64,000 nt of DNA from Polyangiaceae bacterium (GCA_965222375.1 CBDCTZ010000013.1:769207-833206), one strand, 5' to 3'. Shown: positions 17,737-28,052, numbered from the stretch's first letter. The notes: generated by a model from the sequence alone, not told the origin. Numbers and translations: made by a program.

Positions 17737-20121
17737 TCACCTCAGTTCGTTGGTCCAAGTGCAGCGGAAGGGCTTGCTGTTGGTCACGTTCGTCCAAGTC
17801 GTGTACGTGCTGTACAGACCATTGAACGCCGTGTCTACGCCGTCCCACTTCACGACCTGCGCGCGCAACTGGGTGTTGCCGCTACTTCCAATCGACAGGT
17901 CGGAAGTCCACAGTGAGCCGAGCGTTCCGTTGCCATTGGGCAGGCTCTTGCGAATCGCCTCGGTGTAGTCGCGTTCAGTGGGCAGGTGGCCGCCCAACTT
18001 GCGGCATGTATCGATCGCCGCTTCCAGCGTCGCCGAGGGTCGGTCGAAGTTGTCGAACCACATCTTGGCGCCGGAGCTGCCCGGCAATGCAACCTCGAAG
18101 CAACCGCCGCTGCAGTCAGCCGTCTTCGGCCCCGAGTAGGCCTTGTCGACGGGGTAGTACACGCAGCGGTGGAAATTGGTTTGCGTCTTGTAGCCCCAGC
18201 CGAGATCCGCGCTGTGGTTGAACTGGTACTGATCCAAGGTGCCGGTCCAGCGGAACAAGTGCGCCAAGAATTGAGTTCCGTTGTAGCCAACGTTGTCTGA
18301 GCTCCACAGCCACTCGTTGGTTGTTCCACCGGGCATGCCTTGGCCAATGAGCTCCGCCATTTCGAAACTGCCTGCCAAGTGACCACCCTTCGCGAAGCAA
18401 TCGTCGTTCGCGTCCACCCAAGCGACCTTGGCAGTGCTGTCCGCGCCGTCGGCCTTGAGGTTGCTCCAGGGCGGGGCGAACTCGCCAGTGATCGCGACGG
18501 GGTGCTTGCCCGATGCGTAGTTGGTGCCGGCACAGCGGAATGGTCTCGAGGTCGTCGTGCCCGACCAGCTGCCATTGCCGCTGACCGTTGGCGCCGTCGC
18601 CACCGTCGCCCATTTCATGATCACATTGATATCGTAGCGCGCAGCATCCGCCACATGCAGCCAAGTATCGCTGCCGTTGTCCAAGCCTTGCTGCATGGCC
18701 TCCAGCAGGGTGCGAGACCCGGCTAGACGACCGCGATTGAATCCACATTCCCAAATCGCAGAGCCCGTTGGCAAAGGCGCTCGGTCCTTGACGTCAACGT
18801 TAGTGCGCTTGCCCTCGGTGTCCACGGTCAGGCAGGCCTGCCCCGACGGCCCCTGGCAGTTGTTACCGGAGAAGCTATTGGGCAGCGGAGCGGGACAAAT
18901 GCAGCGATAGGCGTGCACGGTCGTCTTGTTCACCGCGCCCACGGCGCCATCGCTGAGGCGACCGCGGATTTGCTGAGTCGCGTTGCGCGGTACCAGAGTC
19001 CACAGGTAGTCCGTATGGCTGGGCTGCCCCACGCTGGCAGATTGAGTGAAGCTGGCATTGAAGAGCTCCGTCGCCGTCGGAAGTCGCCCACCGATGGCCT
19101 CACATGCCGTTTTGGCCGTGTCGAGATCGCTCGGGCTCCGGAGCAGGCCGTCCCAATCGTTGCCCCAGTCGTCCGGCAGAGGCTGCTTGAGCAACGTCTT
19201 GCACGCGATCACGCAGTTCCCTCCCGTGCATTCTTCGGTCGCTCCGCAGGTCTTCCCGCAGATCCCGCAGTGGTTGGGATTGGTCATGGTGTCGACGCAG
19301 CTGTTGCTGCACTTGGTTTGGCCGGCCGAGCAGTTGAGATCGCAATTGCCACTAGAACACACTTCGCCGCTTGCGCACTTCTTGCCGCAGGCGCCGCAAT
19401 TGTTCACGTCCGTCTGTAGGTCGAAGCACAACCCGCCACACTCGACTTGGCCACCTGGGCAGAAGATCTTGCAACTACTGTCTCCGCAGACCTGACCAGT
19501 CGGGCATGGGTTGTCGCACTTGCCGCAATGGTTGGAATTGGTCTTGGTGTCCACGCAAATGGCGCCGCATTGGGTCTCGAGCGCGCTGCAGCTGGCGACG
19601 CAACTCCCGGCCTTGCATTCCTGACCACTGCCACACGGCTGATTGCAGGCGCCGCAGTGCTGAGCGTCGGTTTGGGTATCGACGCAACTGCCGTCGCAGC
19701 TCTCCTGCCCCGGAAAACAGGTGGCAGAACACTGACCCGCGGAGCAGTTCTCTCCACCCCCGCATGGCGTGCCGCAGGTCCCGCAGTTCTGGGGGTCCGT
19801 GGACAGATTCACGCAGGCGCCGCTACAGTCCTCGAGCCCGGAGGGGCAGGAATCCAAGCAGCTGCCGGTCGCGCAGACCTTGCCCGTGTCGCAGGCTTGA
19901 TCGCAGCCGCCGCAGTGTTGCGGACTGCTTTGGAGATCAACGCAGTCGCTACCGCAGCGACTCAGCCCCTGGTCGCAGGCGGTCGCACCACCACCTCCAC
20001 CCTCGGTGAACGACCCCAGATCCGACCCGAAGGCGGAGCAGGCGACGATGGAGCCAAAGCCAAGAACCGCAGCCAGCCTGGACAGCCGCGCACGTAAGGA
20101 AAACTTCGATTTCTCGTGCAT
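17737..20121 (-). CDS. Lipoprotein with Cys-rich repeats and four C-type-lectin-like (DUF1566-like) domains
   Basis: IVAC lipobox; six C..C.D...D..(H/N)CG.C...C repeats; four units A...C...GG.L(PT)..E...LW....(F/Y/H)RC. Confidence 0.75.
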   Translation of the reverse strand: MHEKSKFSLRARLSRLAAVLGFGSIVACSAFGSDLGSFTEGGGGGATACDQGLSRCGSDCVDLQSSPQHCGGCDQACDTGKVCATGSCLDSCPSGLEDCSGACVNLSTDPQNCGTCGTPCGGGENCSAGQCSATCFPGQESCDGSCVDTQTDAQHCGACNQPCGSGQECKAGSCVASCSALETQCGAICVDTKTNSNHCGKCDNPCPTGQVCGDSSCKIFCPGGQVECGGLCFDLQTDVNNCGACGKKCASGEVCSSGNCDLNCSAGQTKCSNSCVDTMTNPNHCGICGKTCGATEECTGGNCVIACKTLLKQPLPDDWGNDWDGLLRSPSDLDTAKTACEAIGGRLPTATELFNASFTQSASVGQPSHTDYLWTLVPRNATQQIRGRLSDGAVGAVNKTTVHAYRCICPAPLPNSFSGNNCQGPSGQACLTVDTEGKRTNVDVKDRAPLPTGSAIWECGFNRGRLAGSRTLLEAMQQGLDNGSDTWLHVADAARYDINVIMKWATVATAPTVSGNGSWSGTTTSRPFRCAGTNYASGKHPVAITGEFAPPWSNLKADGADSTAKVAWVDANDDCFAKGGHLAGSFEMAELIGQGMPGGTTNEWLWSSDNVGYNGTQFLAHLFRWTGTLDQYQFNHSADLGWGYKTQTNFHRCVYYPVDKAYSGPKTADCSGGCFEVALPGSSGAKMWFDNFDRPSATLEAAIDTCRKLGGHLPTERDYTEAIRKSLPNGNGTLGSLWTSDLSIGSSGNTQLRAQVVKWDGVDTAFNGLYSTYTTWTNVTNSKPFRCTWTNELR

Positions 20122-20191
20122 TTGCTTGGGGTCTCAGCTTACCCCGAGGCGAGCCCGCAGGCGACTAGTTGCCGCCGTTTCGACGGCGCGC

Positions 20192-20693
20192 TCACGGCGG
20201 CACATTTGTCCACCTTTTGCGACATTGGCGCACGCCGTGGCAGCCGCACCCCGCGGCGCGAGGACCACAAAACCCGGTTGATTTCAGGAATGGTTCAGCT
20301 ACCGGCTTGAGGCCGTGCTCTGCCATGTACTGCATCATCATCTTAGCCAGCCCTTCCGGGGGAGCGACCTCGGGCTCTTCGATCGAGTCCTTTTCGTTCT
20401 CGAAACGCAGAACACCCAGTTCGTCGCAAGCATCGCGCACCCGCAGCGCAAGCGGATCATGGCGTTTGAGGTTGGGCACGATACTTGGAAAACACCATCA
20501 ACCCCCATGGACCAGTCCAGGTCCGACGCGTTCCAAGTGGCAGCCTTGCCCTTTCGTACAGAACGAGCAGCTTCTGCTGCTTCAAGAAGTACTCCCGGTC
20601 GAAGACTGTGTCGTTCGTTGCGCGCACCGACTGTTCGGACGCCAATAGCTGGCAACGGAACTGGGTCTTCCGCTCGTAGTCCGTCGAGCGCAC
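20192..20693 (-). pseudogene. Internally deleted, frameshifted ferritin-like (AurF-like diiron) gene remnant
   Basis: Three frames join to give FDREY..KLLVLYE / KGKAATWNASDLDWSMGVD and VFSK / IVPNLKR...RVRDACDELGVLRFENEKDS: the N- and C-termini of this family without the diiron core. Confidence 0.6.
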
Positions 20694-20754
20694 AATAGCG
20701 CGGACCTAAGGCCGGGGACACTGACGGCCACCGCGTCACCCTAGACGCGAGCGA

Positions 20755-22245
20755 CTAATTCTTCAGACGATTGCCGCGCGCGTCGAAGCGCAGCACTGGG
20801 AGCTTCAATCCCTCCAACGTCGGTTGAACGCTCTTGGCGTCTCCAGAGACGACCAAGACGAACTCCTTCTTGTCGCAGTACTTCTTCGCCAGTGCGTTCG
20901 CCGCAGCGGCGGTAACGGCTTCGACTTTACGCGGGTACTGGGAAAGCCAATCTAGAGATCTGCCGTAGACAGGCAGGTCAGCGAGCTCGCTGGCGACCCC
21001 GTTGTTGGACTCGAAACGACCCGGGTAGCCCAACAACAGGCCACCGACGGATTCCCCACGCTCTGTGCTGGTTATCGGGCGACTGCTGCAAACCTCGTCC
21101 AGCTCGCGCAGGATCTCGTCCAAACTGGCCCGCGTCGTCTCCCGTTTGACACTGGCGGCGATGGCGAAATAGCCGACCCCAGGGAAGCGGCGAAACGTGC
21201 TGCGGGCGCCGTAGGTGTAGCCCTTGTCCTCCCGCAGGTTCATGTTGACTCTGCTAGTGAAAGCGCCTCCGAATGTTCGGTTGAAAACGAGAGCTGGAAA
21301 GTACTCATCAGACTTCATGCCGGTGGCGCGCCGGGCCACTGCGATGGCGCTTTGGGACGCCTTCGGGTGATCCACAAGATAGATCCCCTTCTCGACGGGC
21401 GCCGTCGCTAGCTTCGCCGTCTTGACCTTGGACTCGCCCTTCCAGTCCGCAAAGTGTTTCTCCAAAGCTTTGACGGCGCTGTTCTGGTCGATACCACCGA
21501 CAACCACGAAGGCGGCCCCATCGGGCTGGAAAAGTGCCCGGTACTGTCGCTTCACATCGCGCAGGTACAGGCGCTTCAGGGTCTGATGCGTGCCTTGAGG
21601 AAGAGCACCGCCGTATCCATCCCCGAACAGCGCCTTGCGAAGAGCGACGGCCCTGGTATGGGGCGGCTTTGATTCGTCGGTCAACGCGTTGGCGAGACGT
21701 TGGTCTTTTCTGCGTGCAAACTCATTGGCATCCAACGCGGGCCGCCGAACGATGTCGGCGAGCAGCGCCACGGAAGGCTCGAAGTTCTCAGCAATCAGAT
21801 TCATGCGCAGCGAGACGTGGTCCACCCCAGCGCTTCCGCCGTAATCCGTACCCAACCGCTGCAGCGCCTCGCTCAGCGCGAGGGCGTTTTTCCCACCCGC
21901 GCCTTCATCCAGCATGTCCGTGGTGAGCAGCGTGAGGCCCGCCTTGCCCTTGGGATCCGTCGCTGCCCCCCGGGGCAGCACCAAGAGCAGAGTGACGAGC
22001 GGCGTAGCACCTTGCCGAAGAAAGTACAGAGGCGTTCCGCTGGACAACTTGATCTTCTGCGGCGAGGGCAGAACCCAAGCTGGCCTGGGGCCGGGGTCTG
22101 GCAGCTTGGCGCGATCAGCGACAGGCGGCGCCTCGACCGGAGCCGTGGGCGCTGGCGCCGGCTGGATCGGGGGGGAGGTTTCCGGCGGTGGCGCGCCGGC
22201 GCAAGACGCCAGGAGCAAGGCGCTGAGAGCGTGCGTTGCCTTCAC
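20755..22245 (-). CDS. M16 (pitrilysin) family peptidase, non-catalytic subunit, lipoprotein
   Basis: DPKGKAGLTLLTTDMLDEG lacks HxxEH; SRVNMNLREDKGYTYG (R/Y pair); LASC lipobox; GTGA overlap with upstream gene. Confidence 0.88.
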   Translation of the reverse strand: MKATHALSALLLASCAGAPPPETSPPIQPAPAPTAPVEAPPVADRAKLPDPGPRPAWVLPSPQKIKLSSGTPLYFLRQGATPLVTLLLVLPRGAATDPKGKAGLTLLTTDMLDEGAGGKNALALSEALQRLGTDYGGSAGVDHVSLRMNLIAENFEPSVALLADIVRRPALDANEFARRKDQRLANALTDESKPPHTRAVALRKALFGDGYGGALPQGTHQTLKRLYLRDVKRQYRALFQPDGAAFVVVGGIDQNSAVKALEKHFADWKGESKVKTAKLATAPVEKGIYLVDHPKASQSAIAVARRATGMKSDEYFPALVFNRTFGGAFTSRVNMNLREDKGYTYGARSTFRRFPGVGYFAIAASVKRETTRASLDEILRELDEVCSSRPITSTERGESVGGLLLGYPGRFESNNGVASELADLPVYGRSLDWLSQYPRKVEAVTAAAANALAKKYCDKKEFVLVVSGDAKSVQPTLEGLKLPVLRFDARGNRLKN

Positions 22246-23591
22246 TTGGAACCTCCCGCCTTTGGCCCGGGCACGATGTCGAGCCGTACATGCCCGTCCA
22301 GCTTGAGCCACTGTTTTGCCGCCGAGTGCACTTGGCTGGACGTGGGCTGCGTGTAGCGAGCTAGGTCCTTGGCCAGGAAGTCTGCGTTGCCCGTGTACTG
22401 GTAGTAGGTCGCCAGGGTGGACGCGCGGGAGACCACGCTTTCCAAACGTTGAAAGAAGTCCTTCTTGTAGCCGTTCTTGGCTCTGGCCAGCTCGTCAGCT
22501 GTCGGCGGTGTTGCCAAGGCGTCGGTGAGCGCTTTCCTCAACGCCTTCTCCAACTTCTCGACGCTGACTTTGGGTGCGGCAGTGGCCCGCACGACGTAGA
22601 AGCTGCCCAAGCGCATCGACGCTTGAAAGGCAGCAACGTCCTTGGCCACCTTTTGTTCGTAGACCAGTGGCTTGTAAAGGCGGCTAGTCTTCCCCCGGGA
22701 CAGCACGCTCGAGAGCAAATCCAGTTCTGCATCCCCCTTGGCGAAAAGGGCTGGCGTCGGCCAGGCGAACATAACGCGGGGCAGCGGTACGTCATCAGTG
22801 GTCGTGACGTGCTTGACCTTGGTCAGACGGGGCAACGCGGACTTGGGAACAACCGCACGTTTACCAGGTGCCGCTGCACCGAAGTACTTCTTGACCATCG
22901 CCTTAACCTGTTCGGTCTTGAAGTCGCCGACCACGGTTACGACGGCGTTGGCGGGAGCGTAGTACTCCCGAAAGAAGCCCTTCACGTCAGCGAGGGACGC
23001 GGCGGTCAGGTCCTTGTGGGAGCCGATCACTGGCTCGTGATAGGGATGCCCCTGAGGAAAAACGTTCTTCGTCAGGTGTATCCAACTCATACCGTAGGGC
23101 ACGTTTTCGTAGCGTTGGCGTCGCTCGTTCTTCACCACATCACGTTGGTTGTCGAGCCCGCCCTGGGTCAGCGCAGGAAGCATGTGCAGCATGCGGTCCG
23201 ACTCCATCCAAAGCGCCAACTCTAAGTAGTTTGATGGCACGCGTTCGTAGTAGTTGGTGCGATCCTGATTCGTCGTGCCGTTGACCTTCGCTCCAATGGG
23301 CTCGAAGGGCTTGAAGTACTCGTCGTTGTAGTTCTGCGAGCCTTGGAACATCAGGTGTTCGAAGAGATGTGCGAAACCACTACGCCCCGGGCGCTCGTGG
23401 CTGGAACCGACGAGGTAGCGAACTTCGACCGCCACGACGGGGAGTCGGCGGTCCTGGCTCAACAGGACCGTCAGGCCATTGCCGAGCTGATACTGCTCTA
23501 CCGAAAGCTTGGGGGCAGATGCAGATGGCGCCGCCATGGCGGACGCCGACAGCGTCGCAAGCGCCAGGGCGAGCGGGACATGAAACTTCAT
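22242..23591 (-). CDS. M16 (pitrilysin) family zinc peptidase, catalytic subunit
   Basis: GRSGFAHLFEHLMFQGS (HxxEH), NGTTNQDRTNYY, VVKNERRQ; signal peptide. Confidence 0.93.
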   Translation of the reverse strand: MKFHVPLALALATLSASAMAAPSASAPKLSVEQYQLGNGLTVLLSQDRRLPVVAVEVRYLVGSSHERPGRSGFAHLFEHLMFQGSQNYNDEYFKPFEPIGAKVNGTTNQDRTNYYERVPSNYLELALWMESDRMLHMLPALTQGGLDNQRDVVKNERRQRYENVPYGMSWIHLTKNVFPQGHPYHEPVIGSHKDLTAASLADVKGFFREYYAPANAVVTVVGDFKTEQVKAMVKKYFGAAAPGKRAVVPKSALPRLTKVKHVTTTDDVPLPRVMFAWPTPALFAKGDAELDLLSSVLSRGKTSRLYKPLVYEQKVAKDVAAFQASMRLGSFYVVRATAAPKVSVEKLEKALRKALTDALATPPTADELARAKNGYKKDFFQRLESVVSRASTLATYYQYTGNADFLAKDLARYTQPTSSQVHSAAKQWLKLDGHVRLDIVPGPKAGGSK

Positions 23592-23773
23592 CTCCGAGAC
23601 TCCTTTCGGCCCGAGGCCGGGCCGGCAGCGCACGAAAGCCGCCCAAACGCATCGCCGTCAAGCCCGATGGTCCATTCTTATTCTTGAAGGTAGATCTTGG
23701 AGCGACAACCGTACAAGCGGCGTGCGCCGGGGCCGGAGGCTGCGGAGCCTGACCTCTGAAGGGTCGTATAGCC

Positions 23774-24274
23774 ATGAAAATTCAAATACTTAGAGCCGCG
23801 ACGGTGGGCGCTGGCCTGCTCCTCGCGATGGGCTGCACCACCAAGGGCGCCGGGGGCGGACTTCCCGACGGCGGAACTGCCACGGGTGGCGGAGGTGGCA
23901 CGAAGGAGGGCGGCTCGGGCGCGTTTGGCGCGTTCGGAGGCGGCTCCGGGAAGGGCGGAGGCGCAGGCAGCGGTGGGGCCGCTGGCGGCGGAGCTGGATT
24001 TGCCGGCGCGTCCGGCGGAGGGGGCTCAGCCGGCTTTGCGGGCGGCGGCGCCGGATTCGCGGGTTCGGGAGGCGGCAGCGCAGGCTTCGCAGGCGGAAGT
24101 GCCGGATTCGCGGGCTCGGCTGGCGGCAGCGCCGGCTTTGCAGGTGCCGGCGGAGGCGGCGCCAACAGCTGCAAGGGCAACTGCGGCAAGCAAGCTCCCG
24201 GTGGCTGCTACTGCGACGCCGGGTGCGAGGGCGCGGGCGACTGCTGCGCGGACAAGGCTCAGTACTGCTCCTAG
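23774..24274 (+). CDS. Gly-rich lipoprotein with C-terminal somatomedin-B-like domain
   Basis: LAMGC lipobox, (GG)SAGFAG repeats, SCKGNC...CYCD..C....DCC.D....C 8-Cys pattern. Confidence 0.8.
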   Translation: MKIQILRAATVGAGLLLAMGCTTKGAGGGLPDGGTATGGGGGTKEGGSGAFGAFGGGSGKGGGAGSGGAAGGGAGFAGASGGGGSAGFAGGGAGFAGSGGGSAGFAGGSAGFAGSAGGSAGFAGAGGGGANSCKGNCGKQAPGGCYCDAGCEGAGDCCADKAQYCS

Positions 24275-24310
24275 CGAGCCCGTGAGCTGATGGAGACGGC
24301 GAGCTGGAAC

Positions 24311-25441
24311 TCAGCGCGCCGTTTCCGGTTGGACGTCCGTGGTTGCACCTCGAGCAGCAATGACGCTCGCGCGCCAAACCACCAGCAACGGTGCCGCCAC
24401 CGCGACGACGACCGCCAGCAACGGTTGTCGCAGCACTCCCAAGGCGAGCAGTGCCGCGACCAGCAACAAACAAAAGACACGCACCGCGACGTAGCGAGCT
24501 CTTCGCGCATCACTGCGCCCGAAAAGCATCACATCCGTTGGCCAAAACACGACAAGTGCCTCATTGAAGCGTAGTTCCGGCACCTGGCTCAGCGCCGCCA
24601 CAGACCAGATAGCCAGCGCCAATAGCCCCAGCACTGAACCGACGACGGCGCATGCCGCGCGCCGAAGAGCTGGGCACCGCAGCATCAACCAGGAGGCTAG
24701 CGCCAGGCCACCGCCGGCGCTCAGGTGCCAGGGCGGAGTCTGTGACTGCTCCGCAGAAAACGCTGGACCGCGTCGAGTGTAGATGACCTCGGGTTCCGAG
24801 CCGTACTGCGTGCGCACCTGCTCGCGCAGTACGTCAGGCAAGAACATACCGTCCCACTTTTGCAGCGGTGCATCTGCACCGCGCCCAACCACCAGGTCAG
24901 CGATGGCAACTAGCCCAGTTTCGCCCGAGAGCCGCGCTTTGCCCAAGCTACGAAAGGACTCTGGGATCGCACCCTGGCTGGCTTTGCGAAACGCTCCGGC
25001 GGAAGCCTCATCCAAAACGTCTCGAACCCGAGTAGCACAGTTGTCGCGGAAGTGGTGATACACGTAGGTGCGGTTTTCTGGCAGCGCATCATGTTCGAGT
25101 CGCTTCGAGATGGCGCGCGCAACCTCTGGTGGCAGAGAGAGCCGCTGCCGCCACACGCTTCGGTCATGCTTGACGTATTGGCGCAGCATTCGATCACGCT
25201 CCCAAACGCTGACCCAAAACTTCGCATCACCACGTAAGAACGCGTAGCCGAGTTCCTCGGGCGGCGATCCGAAGTCCGTCGTGCCATAGTTGAAACAGCG
25301 GGAGCGCCCGTGCTCGGTCGCGCAAATTGCCGCGTGCCCGAATCGCTCGAACAGGTGCTGCCCCTGCCCCATCGTGTACACGTCGATCTGGAGAGCAGCA
25401 GATGTCGCCGCCAGGAGCGTGAGCGGAAGGGCTGTTGGCAT
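24311..25441 (-). CDS. DUF4105 / Lnb-like periplasmic domain with C-terminal TM helices
   Basis: FGHAAI, FNYG, YVYHHFRDNCATRVRD motifs; hydrophobic C-terminus. Confidence 0.8.
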   Translation of the reverse strand: MPTALPLTLLAATSAALQIDVYTMGQGQHLFERFGHAAICATEHGRSRCFNYGTTDFGSPPEELGYAFLRGDAKFWVSVWERDRMLRQYVKHDRSVWRQRLSLPPEVARAISKRLEHDALPENRTYVYHHFRDNCATRVRDVLDEASAGAFRKASQGAIPESFRSLGKARLSGETGLVAIADLVVGRGADAPLQKWDGMFLPDVLREQVRTQYGSEPEVIYTRRGPAFSAEQSQTPPWHLSAGGGLALASWLMLRCPALRRAACAVVGSVLGLLALAIWSVAALSQVPELRFNEALVVFWPTDVMLFGRSDARRARYVAVRVFCLLLVAALLALGVLRQPLLAVVVAVAAPLLVVWRASVIAARGATTDVQPETAR

Positions 25442-25445
25442 CGAG

Positions 25446-27338
25446 TCACTCCGGCGTCGGAGCTGGGGCAACGCTCCACACGACGACGCGAGTGTCGCCA
25501 CCCAGCGCCGGCGAGCAGAAGTCCGTCTTGCCCAAATCAGCCCGCTCCTCCCGAAGAAAGTCTTGGACCTCCGGCATATTCGCAACCTGCTCGGAAAAGG
25601 CGATCTGCCCGGCATCGGCGCAGGATTGAAGCTTGGCGGCGGCGTTTACCGTGCTGCCAAAGTAGTCGATGTTGGTATTCAGCTTCACCGCAATGCAAGG
25701 TCCGGTATTCAGGCTCGCGCGCACGCGCAAGCTCAGGTCTTCGCGACCCGGGAATAGACGACGTTGGATGCCCTGAGCGGCGCGCAACGCCGAAACTGGG
25801 TCGACGAACGCTGCCATGGCAGCGTCCCCGATGGTCTTCACGATCGCACCACGGTGAGCGCGCACTTCCTCGTAGATGTCCGTGAAGTGTCGTTTCACGT
25901 CGATGAAGGCCCCCGGGTCTCCTCGCTCGGCATAGAGTTCCGTCGAGCCCACGACATCGGTGAACAAGATGGTCTGCTCCCCAACCGAGAGCTGGATGTC
26001 CGAGCCAACGTACTCCTCGGTAAATAGATCCCGAAACCCCTGAAAGCTAAACAATTGCGCGGGCCGTAAGGCATCGTCGGACCAATGCGCGTTTTCGATC
26101 ACGAATGTGCACTCTTGGTCCGTATCGTTGACGAGTTCCAGGCGCGGATGCGGCTGAACCTGGCCTGCCGTAGCGGGTGGCGTAGACGCCGACCAATTCA
26201 GCTGACTCGACTGCCCACTCGGGTCGACGTCCAACAGACCGAGGGGCTCGGCGCCCTTGAGGCGCAAGCGATATCGCCCGGGGTACAAGCGGCAGTCCAC
26301 CGTGCGCGTCTCGCCGGGCTCGAAGCTGAGCTGCAACTTGATGTGGTCTTTCTTGGCCGGCTCGGCGCTGCAATAGAAGACTTCGGGGACGTTGCGAATC
26401 GATGGGTGCACGTGGAACACGACCTCAATCGCGTTTTCCGTATCGGTCTCGAAATCAATCGCGCAGGCATCGCACTCGCCCTTGCGCGGCACCTCGCCAA
26501 GAGTGGAGATCTCTGCACGAACCCCACGGCAGTGGGGGCACACCACATCCCACGAGAGTTGAAACAGGCCGAGACGCGTCGCGTGCAAGAACGCAAGCAG
26601 CAAGTCCTCGCTTTCGACACCCCATTCGCGCGCGCGAGGCAACAGCCGAATGCGGTGCAAACCCATGTCGTCCGTGCCCCGCACGTATTCCGAGATTCGG
26701 TCAACAAGAGATTGGTCAACTCCGGCATCGGCTAGTGCGGCCGCGTAATGAGAAAGACGAGTTTCGATGCTCGGAGGAAGATGGTGCGGCGGCGGCTGAT
26801 AAGGGTCGCTCCGTTCCTGCGCGAGGTGAGCATCGATTTCAGCAACCACCCGAGCAAAGCCCGAGCGAATGCTGCCAATCCCGATCCAGAGTAGGAGTCG
26901 GCCCAGCAATCCCCGCGGCACGAAGCCGAAGTACACGTCTAGGCGGCAGCGGCCGTCCCCGATTGCCGAGATCTCGTAGACGGAGCGCATCACGTGGGCG
27001 AAGCCGCGGGAGTAGCGACGAACGCAGGTGAGCGAACGCTCAGCCACCCAGGTCCAAGGGACCTCCACCCATTCGCTTACCATGCCAGCGTTGACCGACC
27101 GGCCGTGCAGCAACCCGTCCTTCTCCGAGAACTCCATTCGCGGCATGCCCATGGCGCGGTTGAAGCGCGACGTATCCGAAACGAAGGGCCACACGTCTTT
27201 GGGGGACGCCGCGAGTTCAAAGCTCCACAGACCTTCGATTCGAGAACCGTGGGCGGCATCGGCTGCGGGCCACGCGTGCTTCGCCAGGAATTCCGCCAAG
27301 GTCGGCTGGGACGAGCTGGTCACGACCTCCGTCGCCAT
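25446..27338 (-). CDS. Class III nucleotide cyclase with N-terminal SRPBCC-like and DUF5939-like (CxxC...CxxC) domains
   Basis: TILFTDVVGSTELY, IVKTIGDAAMAAF, DYFGSTVNAAAKL; WDVVCPHC...CDAC; VSDTSRFNRAMG. Confidence 0.85.
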   Translation of the reverse strand: MATEVVTSSSQPTLAEFLAKHAWPAADAAHGSRIEGLWSFELAASPKDVWPFVSDTSRFNRAMGMPRMEFSEKDGLLHGRSVNAGMVSEWVEVPWTWVAERSLTCVRRYSRGFAHVMRSVYEISAIGDGRCRLDVYFGFVPRGLLGRLLLWIGIGSIRSGFARVVAEIDAHLAQERSDPYQPPPHHLPPSIETRLSHYAAALADAGVDQSLVDRISEYVRGTDDMGLHRIRLLPRAREWGVESEDLLLAFLHATRLGLFQLSWDVVCPHCRGVRAEISTLGEVPRKGECDACAIDFETDTENAIEVVFHVHPSIRNVPEVFYCSAEPAKKDHIKLQLSFEPGETRTVDCRLYPGRYRLRLKGAEPLGLLDVDPSGQSSQLNWSASTPPATAGQVQPHPRLELVNDTDQECTFVIENAHWSDDALRPAQLFSFQGFRDLFTEEYVGSDIQLSVGEQTILFTDVVGSTELYAERGDPGAFIDVKRHFTDIYEEVRAHRGAIVKTIGDAAMAAFVDPVSALRAAQGIQRRLFPGREDLSLRVRASLNTGPCIAVKLNTNIDYFGSTVNAAAKLQSCADAGQIAFSEQVANMPEVQDFLREERADLGKTDFCSPALGGDTRVVVWSVAPAPTPE

Positions 27339-27493
27339 GTGCACGAGGTGTACCCCGAAATAGTTGCGAAAGCGATGCCGAGGGCGTTCGTGCACGCGAT
27401 GCCAAGGGCGCCGTCAAAGCCCGCCCAGAGCCTCATCGCGGCAGGTCTGCAGTTTTCCTCTGGAAACCCCCTGGGCATCGCTAAGCTGGAAAC

Positions 27494-28018
27494 GTGAAGC
27501 CTTGGCGTAACTCGATTCGCTTTCTGCGAGCGGCGCTTCCCGTCGTCCTCGTGGGGCTTGGCTGGTCAGCGCTATCGGCCGTGTTGTACGCAGCAGGGCA
27601 CGCACCCAGCGGCCCGGTCTTCGCGGCGCCCCGCGCTCTCTACTATGCCGCTCAGGCGGGCTTCGCAGTCCCAGTGATCCTACTGCAGTTCTGGATACTG
27701 CTCGCGGTCACAGACCGGGTTTTAGGCGGTCTGGACGATGCCAGCTTGGAGCGACACCAGCGCGCCATGGCCCTCGCCTTCGCACTACCGCTAGGCGTGA
27801 CCTGGCTCCTCCCGGATATCTGCGCCTACACCATCGCAGGTTTCGAAGCCCTAGCAGTCGTCGTTCGGTTTGCGGCTCCGGTGACGGCACTTGTCACGTT
27901 CGCCCTGGTGGCACGGGTACTGAAGCGTAGCTTCGCTGCCAGCTGGGGGCGGGTCGCGATGGCGGCGCTCTTGGGGGGGCTCGCTCAGGGCATCGTCGGC
28001 GGGCTACTTTTGCGTTGA
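27494..28018 (+). CDS. Hypothetical multi-pass membrane protein
   Basis: About 5 hydrophobic helices; TAAGCT 6 nt before the GTG. Confidence 0.65.
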   Translation: MKPWRNSIRFLRAALPVVLVGLGWSALSAVLYAAGHAPSGPVFAAPRALYYAAQAGFAVPVILLQFWILLAVTDRVLGGLDDASLERHQRAMALAFALPLGVTWLLPDICAYTIAGFEALAVVVRFAAPVTALVTFALVARVLKRSFAASWGRVAMAALLGGLAQGIVGGLLLR

Positions 28019-28052
28019 GTATGGGGTGCGAAGAGCTAGGCTCGGCGCCTAG

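Noticed and set aside
17737..19200. Diversity-generating retroelement target (C-type lectin-like domains ending in FRC)
   Set aside because: I saw no reverse transcriptase and no near-identical template/variable repeat pair in the window
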